Shown piece by piece: positions 31,637 through 40,017 of a stretch of 64,000 nucleotides of DNA. Each line of letters opens with the position of its first letter. The first letter of the stretch is position 1. The notes beneath the pieces were generated by a model. It was not told the DNA's origin. It ran no database searches and saw only the letters and a list, made by a program, of their open reading frames with translations. Origin of the DNA: Trueperaceae bacterium (GTDB lineage: Bacteria > Deinococcota > Deinococci > Deinococcales > Trueperaceae); contig OZ243956.1 of NCBI GenBank assembly GCA_965214405.1, forward strand, positions 4,352,001-4,416,000. Reading direction: 5' to 3'. The translations under genes were made by a program, and so were the position numbers.

Positions 31637-32190
31637 AATTCCCTTTCATATATTTTTACTTCCTGCCCGACAGCACGTTCAGCTATGAGTCTAGGACGAG
31701 CGTAGGCGCTATTATCATAAATCATCCAGCCATCTGCCAAGGGTTCGTAAAGCTCGAAAAAGTTTTTTAGACCGGATGTGTAACGCCGCCGAACGACATC
31801 CTCGGGAACGCTGTGACCTCCTAAACGAACACGCTCCTTCACGCGCTGTACAGCTAAATCGGCTGAGGAGAGCCACAAAAAAATGAGGATGAACTGGTAA
31901 CCTCGCCCCCTCTCCTTCGCAATCCAAGGCGCGAAACTGCGGCTCGCCAGGGTGGTCTCAAAAGCGAAAGACCGCCTTTCACGCGCAAGCTGCCGCAGAC
32001 GCCGCAGCATGATGCGCCCCGCCTCAAACGCCGAATTCTCGGGCGCAAAGCCGGACAGACCCTGAGCGATAACGTCGGCGTTCACAAATTCGGGGGTGGC
32101 AAAGGTTTCTTTTAGAAGGACGGGCGCAGCCGTTGACTTGCCCGCGCCGTTCGGCCCGGCGATGACGACGATGCTAGGAGCGTCTGCCAC
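31606..32190 (-). CDS. Zeta-toxin-like P-loop ATPase (COG4185/AAA_33)
   Basis: IAGPNGAGKST, FVNADVIA, FAFETTL and RVRLGGHSVP motifs. Confidence 0.88.
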   Translation of the reverse strand: MADAPSIVVIAGPNGAGKSTAAPVLLKETFATPEFVNADVIAQGLSGFAPENSAFEAGRIMLRRLRQLARERRSFAFETTLASRSFAPWIAKERGRGYQFILIFLWLSSADLAVQRVKERVRLGGHSVPEDVVRRRYTSGLKNFFELYEPLADGWMIYDNSAYARPRLIAERAVGQEVKIYERELWQTLQKSRP

Positions 32191-32204
32191 TTATGCCGAC
32201 AAGC

Positions 32205-32591
32205 TTACCAAAGCAGCTTTACGCCGTAATCCGCTAGGTCGCCGTCACGACTCAAAAGGGTCAAGTCTTCTGCGAGAGCCTGTGCAACGATAAGCCTGTC
32301 GAAAGGGTCGCGGTGGTGGTAGGGCAAGTTTTGAACCGTGTCCAGGTGCTTTGCAGAGATGGAAAGCACTTGCATATCATTACCCATAATTTGCGTCTGA
32401 ACGAGGGTCTCGAAAGGTCCGTGGCTGTTCATCTTGCCGATGCTTACTTTGATAGCGATTTCCCAAAGCGAAGCGACACTGAGAAAGCGCCTATTGTCGA
32501 GTTCTAAAATGGCTTCCGCGGCGTTCTTACCTAAACGAGCATCATCTTCTATGAACCACAAAAAGGTGTGAGTGTCTAACAGTATCTTCAA
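32205..32591 (-). CDS. vapC: PIN-domain (VapC-type) toxin
   Basis: ILLDTHTFLW, SVASLWEIAIK and HHRDPFDR motifs; TTG start. Confidence 0.92.
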   Translation of the reverse strand: MKILLDTHTFLWFIEDDARLGKNAAEAILELDNRRFLSVASLWEIAIKVSIGKMNSHGPFETLVQTQIMGNDMQVLSISAKHLDTVQNLPYHHRDPFDRLIVAQALAEDLTLLSRDGDLADYGVKLLW

Positions 32592-32806
32592 GGCATGTAG
32601 TCCTTGAAATCTTCCAATGGTTCGTCGAAATCGTCCGCCACGTCGGTAAACCAGCCTTTTCCGCTGCCCAAGACCGGGCGCGGTTTCTCAGCCTTTTTGA
32701 CTTCCACAAACATTTTTGTCCCATCTTCCAAAGTCACCGCGAAGTCTTTTTCGTTGAGCAGTTCCTCGAGCCGTTCTTTCGCCTCTTTAAGCGGCACCGT
32801 CATCAT
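32588..32806 (-). CDS. vapB: DUF2281-like antitoxin
   Basis: EAKERLE..GSGKGW..DDFDEPLEDFKDYM; paralog of 31161-31400. Confidence 0.85.
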   Translation of the reverse strand: MMTVPLKEAKERLEELLNEKDFAVTLEDGTKMFVEVKKAEKPRPVLGSGKGWFTDVADDFDEPLEDFKDYMP

Positions 32807-33061
32807 GTTTCACCTCCCGTTCGGCGCTGTCTTCCATCATACGAACGATTTGCACGGTTTCCACGCTCACCGTACACACGCGCCTCAACAGGTCAATCAC
32901 CTCTTCTTTATAGTCCGCGAACCTGTACGTGTTGAACTTTTCGCGGATGGTCGGGTCTTTGGGCTTTTTCTCCTTGTAGCGGTCTAGCACCCACTCGAGC
33001 CGCCATACTGGATATAGTTCTCGACTCTCTTGTGGTACTGGTTGATGAGTTGCAAAGACAC
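32787..33061 (-). pseudogene. Type ISP-like restriction-modification (N6 DNA methylase) gene with nearly the whole interior deleted
   Basis: GTG 33061 gives MSLQLINQYHKRVENYIQYGGS (N-terminus type). It joins inside GCTCGAG, in another frame, to LEWVLDRYKEKKPKDPTIREKFNTYRFADYKEEVIDLLRRVCTVSVET (C-terminal tail). Confidence 0.8.
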
Positions 33062-33110
33062 AGGGCATGTTACCGCGCTCGAGGGCGTGAGGTTTCTGAC
33101 TTTCTGTGCT

Positions 33111-33548
33111 TTAAGTCCCGACGCCAGCGTCGCTTGCGGGCAGCCCCAAAGCTTTGGCCTCTTTTATGAGTCCTGCGTCGAGGGAATAAATAGCGTCTAC
33201 AGCGTTATTAAACGCGATGGCTAGGTGGAGCGCGTCAGGACCTCGGAGGCTCGAGCCTTCACGCAGAACGAAGTTTGCGGCGAGGCTGTAATCCGCTCTT
33301 GTCGGAACAAACATTAAGAGGGACCCTGCTACCTCCCTTTCAAACGTTTCCAGAACGGTCTCGAGCGCGTTCTGCGTAAGCTCGCCCATCCGTCTTCTAC
33401 GCGAAAGAAGGCTCGCAAACTCCACTTGTACCCACGGACTGATGACAAACTCTCCGGGCGGCGCGGCGGCAAATACGGAAATGACCCGCTCGCTCGTCGC
33501 TTCTTCAAGGTAAAAAGGAACGAGGAAGCTTGTGTCTAGGTAAATCAG
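33111..33548 (-). CDS. vapC: PIN-domain (VapC-type) toxin with CTG start
   Basis: Frame extends to (L)IYLDTSFLVPFYLEE..SPWVQVEFAS..LRGPDALHLA; CTG overlaps the antitoxin TGA; in-frame stop 5 codons upstream. Confidence 0.82.
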   Translation of the reverse strand: MIYLDTSFLVPFYLEEATSERVISVFAAAPPGEFVISPWVQVEFASLLSRRRRMGELTQNALETVLETFEREVAGSLLMFVPTRADYSLAANFVLREGSSLRGPDALHLAIAFNNAVDAIYSLDAGLIKEAKALGLPASDAGVGT

Positions 33549-33781
33549 TAGCGCGCCTCGTCACGTAAGGCGATGAGGGTGTCGACGCTGCTTGTTTTCG
33601 CCGCGGTTTGACTCTTAAAAAGTTCAGCGCGGGATGCAAAAGGCTTGAACGTTTTCTTTGCCTGAGAGAGCGTGGCAACGGGCTCCCCGCTCCGCGTGAT
33701 GACAATATCTTCGCCCCCCTCAACACGGCTTAAAAGCTCGCTGAGGGTGGTTTCGGCGTTAAGCTCTACGTGGCTGTGCAT
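33545..33781 (-). CDS. vapB: Phd/YefM family antitoxin
   Basis: LSELLSRVEGGEDIVITRSGEPVA..LRDEARY. Confidence 0.85.
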   Translation of the reverse strand: MHSHVELNAETTLSELLSRVEGGEDIVITRSGEPVATLSQAKKTFKPFASRAELFKSQTAAKTSSVDTLIALRDEARY

Positions 33782-33827
33782 AAGGCTATTGTAGCAGGCT
33801 CGAGGCTGAAGCTTTAACGTTACCTGC

Positions 33828-34280
33828 TTAACCGCGGCTCAGCCGGTACTTGAGCATCTTGTACTGAAAATACATCTGGCAACCGACGCAGTACCCCGTC
33901 GTCAAGTTGAGGAGCGCGAGCGCGATGACGAGAAGCGTCAGCAAACCGCCGAGGAGCGGCAGCCCGGCGAGATAGCCCAGTGTGGCGAGCGTTAAAAACA
34001 CACCCCCGACGCCTTGGGCAAAAAGGTGGGCGCGCGGGTCATCGGCCACGAGGTTCCTTTTAAGCCCCAGGAGCGGGCGGAGGACGTGGGTAAAAAACCG
34101 CTTGAAAATCGCAGCTTGTGGAACGAACGTCCCGACAAGCATCACGGCGGCGGTCGAGGCGACGAGCCAGGGCGTGCCGAGGAGCAAGCCGAGGGTGCAC
34201 AAGACGACGATGCAGGCTTGGTTGAACTCGAGCGCGGCGGGGTCGGTCATCATTTTTGGTGAGGTTTTTGGGAAATTCAT
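33828..34280 (-). CDS. DUF4395 membrane protein
   Basis: DPAALEFNQ, DPRAHLFAQGVG and YCVGCQMY motifs; start placed at ATG 34280 after TATGCT. Confidence 0.8.
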   Translation of the reverse strand: MNFPKTSPKMMTDPAALEFNQACIVVLCTLGLLLGTPWLVASTAAVMLVGTFVPQAAIFKRFFTHVLRPLLGLKRNLVADDPRAHLFAQGVGGVFLTLATLGYLAGLPLLGGLLTLLVIALALLNLTTGYCVGCQMYFQYKMLKYRLSRG

Positions 34281-34294
34281 GCCCATAAGCATAA

Positions 34295-34319
34295 GTAGTT
34301 TACAAAACCTATCAAGTAT
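34295..34319 (-). promoter_or_regulatory. Putative Rrf2 (IscR type-1-like) operator ATACTTGA-N9-TAAACTAC
   Basis: 25-bp AT-rich imperfect palindrome between the Rrf2 gene and the DUF4395 promoter. Confidence 0.55.
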
Positions 34320-34355
34320 TGTGCTATACATGTGGGACGCCTTGCGAATACAGCC

Positions 34356-34823
34356 TCAGAACCCCGGCTTCAGCAGGTGCTCAAGACAGGGCTCATACGT
34401 CACGCCTTGCTCGAAGTCCGCCGCCAAATCGGCGACGGTCACTTCGCCCAACGCCGTGAGCAGCGCGTCCCGAACCCGCTGCCAGACCGCTACGCGGGCG
34501 TGACAGCGGTCCTCTTCGCGGCAGGACTCGTGCCACAAGAGGCTGATACAGCTTAGCGGGGCCACGGGGCCGTCGATGGCGCGCATCACGTCGCGCAGAG
34601 TGATGTCACCCGGCGCTTGTGAAAGCGCGTAGCCTCCGCCCGTCCCTTTTTTCGATGTGACCACGCCTGTAGAGGATAAAGCCGCGAGGATGCGCACCAG
34701 ATAAGGTCGCGCCACCCCGGTCGCCTCGCTGATTTCGTCCGAGCTGGCCCAGCGTGTGAGAGGCTGCGTGCCCAGATACCCTAACGCTTGAAAGGCGTAG
34801 ATGTCAGTGGTGGAGAGGCGCAT
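34356..34823 (-). CDS. Rrf2 family transcriptional regulator (three C-terminal Cys)
   Basis: [23 protein letters not shown] and C-x8-C-x5-C. Confidence 0.92.
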   Translation of the reverse strand: MRLSTTDIYAFQALGYLGTQPLTRWASSDEISEATGVARPYLVRILAALSSTGVVTSKKGTGGGYALSQAPGDITLRDVMRAIDGPVAPLSCISLLWHESCREEDRCHARVAVWQRVRDALLTALGEVTVADLAADFEQGVTYEPCLEHLLKPGF

Positions 34824-34850
34824 TTGTTAAAAGTATAGCAGGTGCCTAGA

Positions 34851-35429
34851 CTACTTTTTCGCGCAGATGATTAAACCCGTAGACCAGTTTAGTTTGGTGA
34901 TGTGGAGGTCTTGGCGGCGCTCGAGCCTGCCAATCAGTTCCGGCACCTTTTTCGGCATGTCCGGCCCCCAACCGGGCACCGGCAGCATGTCGTCAATCAC
35001 GTAGAGGCCGCCCCGTTTGACGAGCGCCAGCGTTTCGTCCAGCAGGTCCTGCTTGCCCACCCAGGTATCGGCAAAGATGAAATTAAACGACGCGCTTTCG
35101 GCCTCGAGAATGACCCTTTTGGCGTCCTCATGACGAAACGCAACCCGCGCGTCCCCCTGCAAATGTTCCCTGGCTACGTCCTGCCGCTGACCGTCAACTT
35201 CGACCGTGAGAAGACGCGCGCCCTCATCCATGCCGTCCAAAAGCCATGCGGTAGATGCGCCCGTACCCGTGCCGATTTCTAAAAAGCGCCCGCCGGGTTG
35301 CGAGGCCGCGAGCGTGCGGAGCAGCGCGCCCGTTAGAGTGTCGCAGGAGAGAGTGAAGCCGAGGGTTGCCGAAGCGGCCAGGATGCCCTCGAGCGCTGCG
35401 GGGGTCTGAATGTTGCTGGTGTCGTTCAT
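34851..35429 (-). CDS. Class I SAM-dependent O-methyltransferase
   Basis: LEIGTGTG, FIFAD and GGLYVIDD motifs. Confidence 0.88.
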   Translation of the reverse strand: MNDTSNIQTPAALEGILAASATLGFTLSCDTLTGALLRTLAASQPGGRFLEIGTGTGASTAWLLDGMDEGARLLTVEVDGQRQDVAREHLQGDARVAFRHEDAKRVILEAESASFNFIFADTWVGKQDLLDETLALVKRGGLYVIDDMLPVPGWGPDMPKKVPELIGRLERRQDLHITKLNWSTGLIICAKK

Positions 35430-35435
35430 TTTAGA

Positions 35436-35591
35436 TTAGTCGTCGCGCGTGTCGTCCCTTGGTCTGCCGCCCAAGTTCTTTTTCGCGGAACGTTTGGAGC
35501 GCATCCCGAAAATCCGAAGACCGAACAAAATCACGAGCACAACGGCGGCGATGATGACGAATTCCCATAGACCAACAGGACCCAGGCGCAT
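35436..35591 (-). CDS. Small TatA/E-like single-TM protein (51 aa, below ORF-track cutoff)
   Basis: MRLGPVGLWEFVIIAAVVLVILFGLRIFG..; leaderless TAGCAT-N5-ATG. Confidence 0.55.
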   Translation of the reverse strand: MRLGPVGLWEFVIIAAVVLVILFGLRIFGMRSKRSAKKNLGGRPRDDTRDD

Positions 35592-35666
35592 GAGGAATGC
35601 TATCACACTGCCCCTACCATAAGGGTCGACTTTTCCCGACGTTCTACCGTGTTAGGCTCTTAACAA

Positions 35667-36806
35667 ATGCTAAACCGTCGTTCTTTAGAAGCCGAAGTCG
35701 TTTACAACGGGATGGGCACGCCGCGGGCCGACGGAGCCGTGGTGGTACAGGGCGAGGGCGACGAGGCGGTCATCGTGGCGGTAGACGAGCGGGCGCGGGC
35801 GCGGCAAAACTTTCCAGATGCCGAAGTCGTGGAGGCTGGGTTTGCCCTCTCGCCGCCGCCGGTCAACGCGCACACGCATTTGGATCTGTCGCAAATGACG
35901 TTTGAAAAGGGTTCTTATGAAGGTTTTATACGCCGCGTCATCGCGCACAAGGGAGCGTGGCAGGGGGGGCTCGAGGCCGCCCGCGCGGGCGTGGCCGAGC
36001 TGCGTGCGGACGGCGTGAACGTGGTTGGCGACATCGTGACGCAAGAGCGCGTCATGGAATATCTTTTGACCGAGCCGACGTTGCAGGGCGTGGCCTATTG
36101 GGAGGTTATCGGCCCCGACCCGGAGGACGCCGAGCGGATTTTTGAGGAGACGGTGGATACGTTGCGCCGATTTCGCGCCTGGGAAAGACCAGGCGGAGTC
36201 AAACTCGGCCTCTCGCCCCACACGCCCCACACGGTGAGCGCGCCTCTTTTGCAGAGGCTGACAAAACTCGCCACCGCTTCTCACCTGCCCCTACAAATCC
36301 ACGTCGCGGAGAGCGCGGGCGAGGTCGCCATGCACCAAGGCGGGTCGGGACCGCTCATGGAGATGATGCGCGGGTTTTTTCCCCACTGGAGGCCGTCGGG
36401 GGAGAGTCCGGTGGGATATTTGGAGAGTCTGGGCGTGCTCGAGGCCCGCCCCACCCTGATTCACATGGTTCACGTCACCGAGGAGGACGTGCGCGCGGTT
36501 GCTCGAGCGGGCTGCGTGGCGGTGCATTGCCCCCGCTCAAACGAGGCGCTGGGCTGCGGGCGTTTTCCCTGGGAGCTGTATATGAAGCACGGGGTCGAGG
36601 TGGGCTTCGGGACGGACTCGAGGGGCTCGAGTCCCGACTTGTCCATCCACGAGGAAGTGGCGGCGGCGCGCGCCTTGCACGGCGACCGCGCGAGCCCGCT
36701 CGCGCTCGTGCGGGGTGCGGTCAAGGGGGGGTACAAGGCGCTTCAGATGACGCCGCCCCGCTTTGCGCGTGGCGACGCCGCGGCGGGACTTCACATTTGG
36801 CGCTAA
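35667..36806 (+). CDS. Amidohydrolase, probably aminodeoxyfutalosine deaminase-like
   Basis: NAHTHLD, SPHTPH, HVAES, HCPRSN and GTDS motifs. Confidence 0.75.
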   Translation: MLNRRSLEAEVVYNGMGTPRADGAVVVQGEGDEAVIVAVDERARARQNFPDAEVVEAGFALSPPPVNAHTHLDLSQMTFEKGSYEGFIRRVIAHKGAWQGGLEAARAGVAELRADGVNVVGDIVTQERVMEYLLTEPTLQGVAYWEVIGPDPEDAERIFEETVDTLRRFRAWERPGGVKLGLSPHTPHTVSAPLLQRLTKLATASHLPLQIHVAESAGEVAMHQGGSGPLMEMMRGFFPHWRPSGESPVGYLESLGVLEARPTLIHMVHVTEEDVRAVARAGCVAVHCPRSNEALGCGRFPWELYMKHGVEVGFGTDSRGSSPDLSIHEEVAAARALHGDRASPLALVRGAVKGGYKALQMTPPRFARGDAAAGLHIWR

Positions 36807-36989
36807 GTTCTGCGTCAACTTAAGGTGTTAGGCTTACGCGCCGCTTTTGCGGACGAGAGGCTAGTACAGCCATTGCCGCGTGGCCTGCATAAGGCTGACG
36901 CGCCGCCCTCTTTGCCGGAGGCGCATCCCTCACTGCGTCTACCCTTGGCAAAGGCGTATGCTTTCACTGCGTAAAGTGAGGATGCAAGC

Positions 36990-37823
36990 ATGGACATAGG
37001 ACTCGTACTCAGCGGCGGCGGCGCGCGCTGCTTCGCGCATATCGGCGTTTTGAAAGCCTTGGAAGAGCAGGACGTGAGGGTCGTGGCCGTGGCCGCCTGC
37101 TCGACGGCGGCCTTTATCGGGGCGCTCTTTTGCGGGGGGTGCCGCGCGGAAGAGGTCGAAGACATTATCAGAAACTTGTCGGCAACGGAGCTTGTCGATT
37201 TAGACAGCGGGAGCGGGCTCATGGAGCAGCACGAGATTGAACGGGCGTTGGGGCCCCACCTGCCCGCCACCTTTGAGGCGCTAAAAATCCCTTTAATTGT
37301 GAACGCGACCGACATCCAGCGCGGCGAGCTGGTCACCTTTAGCCGGGGCGCGCTGCTCCGGGCGCTAAGCGCGAGCAACGCCTTCCCGGGTGTTTTTAGC
37401 CCTGTGAAGTTAGGGGGCCGCGACTTGTCCGACGGGGGTATCCTGAGCAATTTGCCCGTCGACCTCATCGTGACCATGACGAACGCGCCTGTGTTGGCCG
37501 TCGACGTGAGCCCGTCGCCGCGGGAGAGGCTCGAGCTGCCCGAAGATGAGAGCGGGCTCAAACGGTTTGTCCTCTCCCTCACGGGTCAGGCCGCCTTGCC
37601 CGTGGCGCTCCTGCGTAAAAGCTACACCATTTCCCAGTCGCGGCTCATCGACCTGCAAGTCGCCATGCACCCGCCCGACGGCCTCCTGCGCCCTGACTTT
37701 CCCGAGGGGCTGGGCATTTTCTCGTTTAGCCGCTTTGACGAGGCGGTCGAGCTGGGTTATCGGGAGACACTTCGTTACCTAGAGCAGCACCGTGATGACC
37801 TCAGTGACGACCTCGAGGCGTAG
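36990..37823 (+). CDS. Patatin-like phospholipase
   Basis: LSGGGAR, ACSTA (variant of GxSxG) and DGG motifs. Confidence 0.85.
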   Translation: MDIGLVLSGGGARCFAHIGVLKALEEQDVRVVAVAACSTAAFIGALFCGGCRAEEVEDIIRNLSATELVDLDSGSGLMEQHEIERALGPHLPATFEALKIPLIVNATDIQRGELVTFSRGALLRALSASNAFPGVFSPVKLGGRDLSDGGILSNLPVDLIVTMTNAPVLAVDVSPSPRERLELPEDESGLKRFVLSLTGQAALPVALLRKSYTISQSRLIDLQVAMHPPDGLLRPDFPEGLGIFSFSRFDEAVELGYRETLRYLEQHRDDLSDDLEA

Positions 37824-38661
37824 CGCGGAGGGTCGTTTTTTACAGGTTGACGGCCTCCGCACGCACGTTCTCACGGCGGGGGAGGGCGCGCCGCTCGTGC
37901 TCCTCCACGGCTCGGCGCTCGACTCAGGTCGCCTGACCTACGGCGGGAGCGTCGCGGCCTTGAGCGCGCGCTACCGCGTCATCGCCCCCGACTGGCCCGG
38001 TTACGGACGTTCGGAAGGGCCGGAGGAGCCCGCAACGACAGGGTTTTACATCGACTTTTTGGCGCGTCTGGTGGACGCGCTGGGATTAGAGTCTTTTTAT
38101 CTCGGGGGGTTTTCGATGGGCGGCGGCGTGGCGCTGGGTTACGCGTTGGAGCACAAGGAGCGCGTCCGTAAGCTCGTGCTCATCGACGCTTACGGCTTAG
38201 ACGGCAGGATCCAGATACCCTTTTTGCCCTACCTCGCGCTCCGCACGCCGCAGCTTTCAAGGCTCACCTGGGCCGCGCTGCGCCGCTCGCCCCGCGCGCT
38301 CCGCTTGTTCCTCAGAATCCTTGCGTTCAGGCAGCGTAAGGCGGTGACCGAGGAGGTTTTGGAGGAGGTAATCAAGCAGTTGCGTATCCCCAACACCGAG
38401 CGCGCCTTTATGGGCTGGTTGCGCGGCGAACTGCGCTTAACCGCGCTAACGACGAACTATCTTGGAAGGCTCGAGACCCTCACCCCCCCCACGCTCCTCA
38501 TCCACGGCGACCGCGATTTGGTGGTGCCCGTGTCACGCGCCAAACGCGCCGCCAAACGCATTCCCGACGCGACGTTGAAAATCCTCCCCGCGGGTCACTG
38601 GACGCCCAGGGAGGCGCGGGAGGCGTTTAACGAGGCGGTGCTCGAGTTTTTAGCTTCTTAA
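37792..38661 (+). CDS. Alpha/beta hydrolase
   Basis: LLHG, DWPGYG, GFSMGG, HGDRD and AGH motifs. Confidence 0.88.
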   Translation: MMTSVTTSRRSAEGRFLQVDGLRTHVLTAGEGAPLVLLHGSALDSGRLTYGGSVAALSARYRVIAPDWPGYGRSEGPEEPATTGFYIDFLARLVDALGLESFYLGGFSMGGGVALGYALEHKERVRKLVLIDAYGLDGRIQIPFLPYLALRTPQLSRLTWAALRRSPRALRLFLRILAFRQRKAVTEEVLEEVIKQLRIPNTERAFMGWLRGELRLTALTTNYLGRLETLTPPTLLIHGDRDLVVPVSRAKRAAKRIPDATLKILPAGHWTPREAREAFNEAVLEFLAS

Positions 38662-39498
38662 CCCTTTCAACCGCTCCAACCCCGCTGCGCCAACCGTCTC
38701 GGACGCCATACGCGGAAAGCCCCGCGGCCAGCCGTGCTCGTCCGAGCCGCCGGTAACGGGCAGGTCTAAAGCCTCCGCCAATGCCAAAAAATGCGCCCGC
38801 ATCGTCTCGTCTAAGCGGTGATGATAGACCTCGACGGCGTCCAGCCCCAGCTCGAGAAGCTCCGCCACGCTCTCCCGCCCGATGACTTCACCCTCCCTTT
38901 TAAGAATCGACGGATGCGCGAGCACCGCCACGCCGCCCGCCGCGTGGATGACGTTGATTACCTCGTCAATGTGAAAGCGGAACCGGCCCGTGTCCTGCCA
39001 GGCTTGGTCAAGAAGTTCTATGGCGTCGTCTCTCGACAACCCATGCTTGTGGTGTAGAGCCTGAATAAGCTGCACAAAGCCCGAATAACGCGGATTCTCC
39101 GCGCGCACCTCGTCCAACGTGAGGGGAGAGCCCAGCGCGTCCAGATTCTCGAGACACTTCAGAACGCGGTTGTGAAGGTCCCCCAACGCCTCCTCTTCAA
39201 ACTTCTTTAGTTCCGGGGTATCCAAATCTAAGAAATACCCGAGCACATCCACGTCGGGTCCGTCGCCGTGTCCCGTGTGGCCCCGCCAGTAGCAGGAAAA
39301 TTCCATCCCTGGTATGAGTGTAAGTCCTAGCGCCGCCGCGGTGGTCGCGCCTTCACGCGCGCCCCGCGCGTTGTCGTGGTCGGTAATCGCCACGCCCGCT
39401 AGGCCGAGGTGTGAGGCGTGCTCGAGCAGCTCCCTGGGCGAGGCCCGCCCGTCCGAATAATAGGTGTGCATGTGCAGGTCGTAACGCTTTTCGTTCAT
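38650..39498 (-). CDS. PHP-domain phosphoesterase (TrpH/YciV-like)
   Basis: DLHMHTYYSDG, ITDHD, VLAHP and GGSDEHG motifs. Confidence 0.9.
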   Translation of the reverse strand: MNEKRYDLHMHTYYSDGRASPRELLEHASHLGLAGVAITDHDNARGAREGATTAAALGLTLIPGMEFSCYWRGHTGHGDGPDVDVLGYFLDLDTPELKKFEEEALGDLHNRVLKCLENLDALGSPLTLDEVRAENPRYSGFVQLIQALHHKHGLSRDDAIELLDQAWQDTGRFRFHIDEVINVIHAAGGVAVLAHPSILKREGEVIGRESVAELLELGLDAVEVYHHRLDETMRAHFLALAEALDLPVTGGSDEHGWPRGFPRMASETVGAAGLERLKGLRS

Positions 39499-39566
39499 GC
39501 GTTTCCCAAGTGAGGTGCATCAGTTGTGGGTGCTGTAGGCGAGTGAACGTTCATTAAGTCAGCCTA

Positions 39567-40010
39567 TCATCCGCGTTCAGCCGCTCGAGCCTCCCTCTCG
39601 AGCCCTATCCCCCAGTACGCCTTGAACAGGTCGCGGTGCGTGATGAGGCCTCCCAGCCACTGCCACACGTAAAGCAGCCAAAATCCAAAACTCGTGTAAC
39701 GTCGGTACTGCGCGACGTGCGCTGCCTCGTGTGCCCCCAACCGAGCTGTGCGGCAGCCTTTCACCACCAGCACCACCTCGCCCCAGGTCTGCGCGGCGGC
39801 TCTGAAACCCAAAGCCGGGAGGCGGGAAACCTCGAGCAGCGTGTAGGGTTGAGACGTTTCCAAAGCCCGCGCCCCAAGAAAAAAGCCGAGGGCGCGGCCT
39901 GTTAGCGAGGCCAGAAAAGGGCGGCGGGTGAAGCGTTCGTAGAGTGTCGCCAAGAGGACAAGAATGAGCGCGCCTCCGGTCACGGCTAAAAGAACTCGGG
40001 GCGGGTACAC
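39567..40010 (-). CDS. Membrane-anchored HExxH protein (DUF4157-like); start uncertain
   Basis: N-terminal TM segment, AQTWGEV and AHEAAHVAQY motifs. Confidence 0.55.
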   Translation of the reverse strand: MYPPRVLLAVTGGALILVLLATLYERFTRRPFLASLTGRALGFFLGARALETSQPYTLLEVSRLPALGFRAAAQTWGEVVLVVKGCRTARLGAHEAAHVAQYRRYTSFGFWLLYVWQWLGGLITHRDLFKAYWGIGLEREARAAERG

Positions 40011-40017
40011 ATCTTCG

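Noticed and set aside
31606..32190. Shared MADA start of the zeta-like ATPase and its partner as a recombination repeat
   Set aside because: Only about 11 bp identical and no other support; may be coincidence.
32787..33068. 93-aa ORF MPCVFATH.. as an intact gene
   Set aside because: Its first 23 codons are an alternative frame of the RM N-terminus; it is a deletion chimera.
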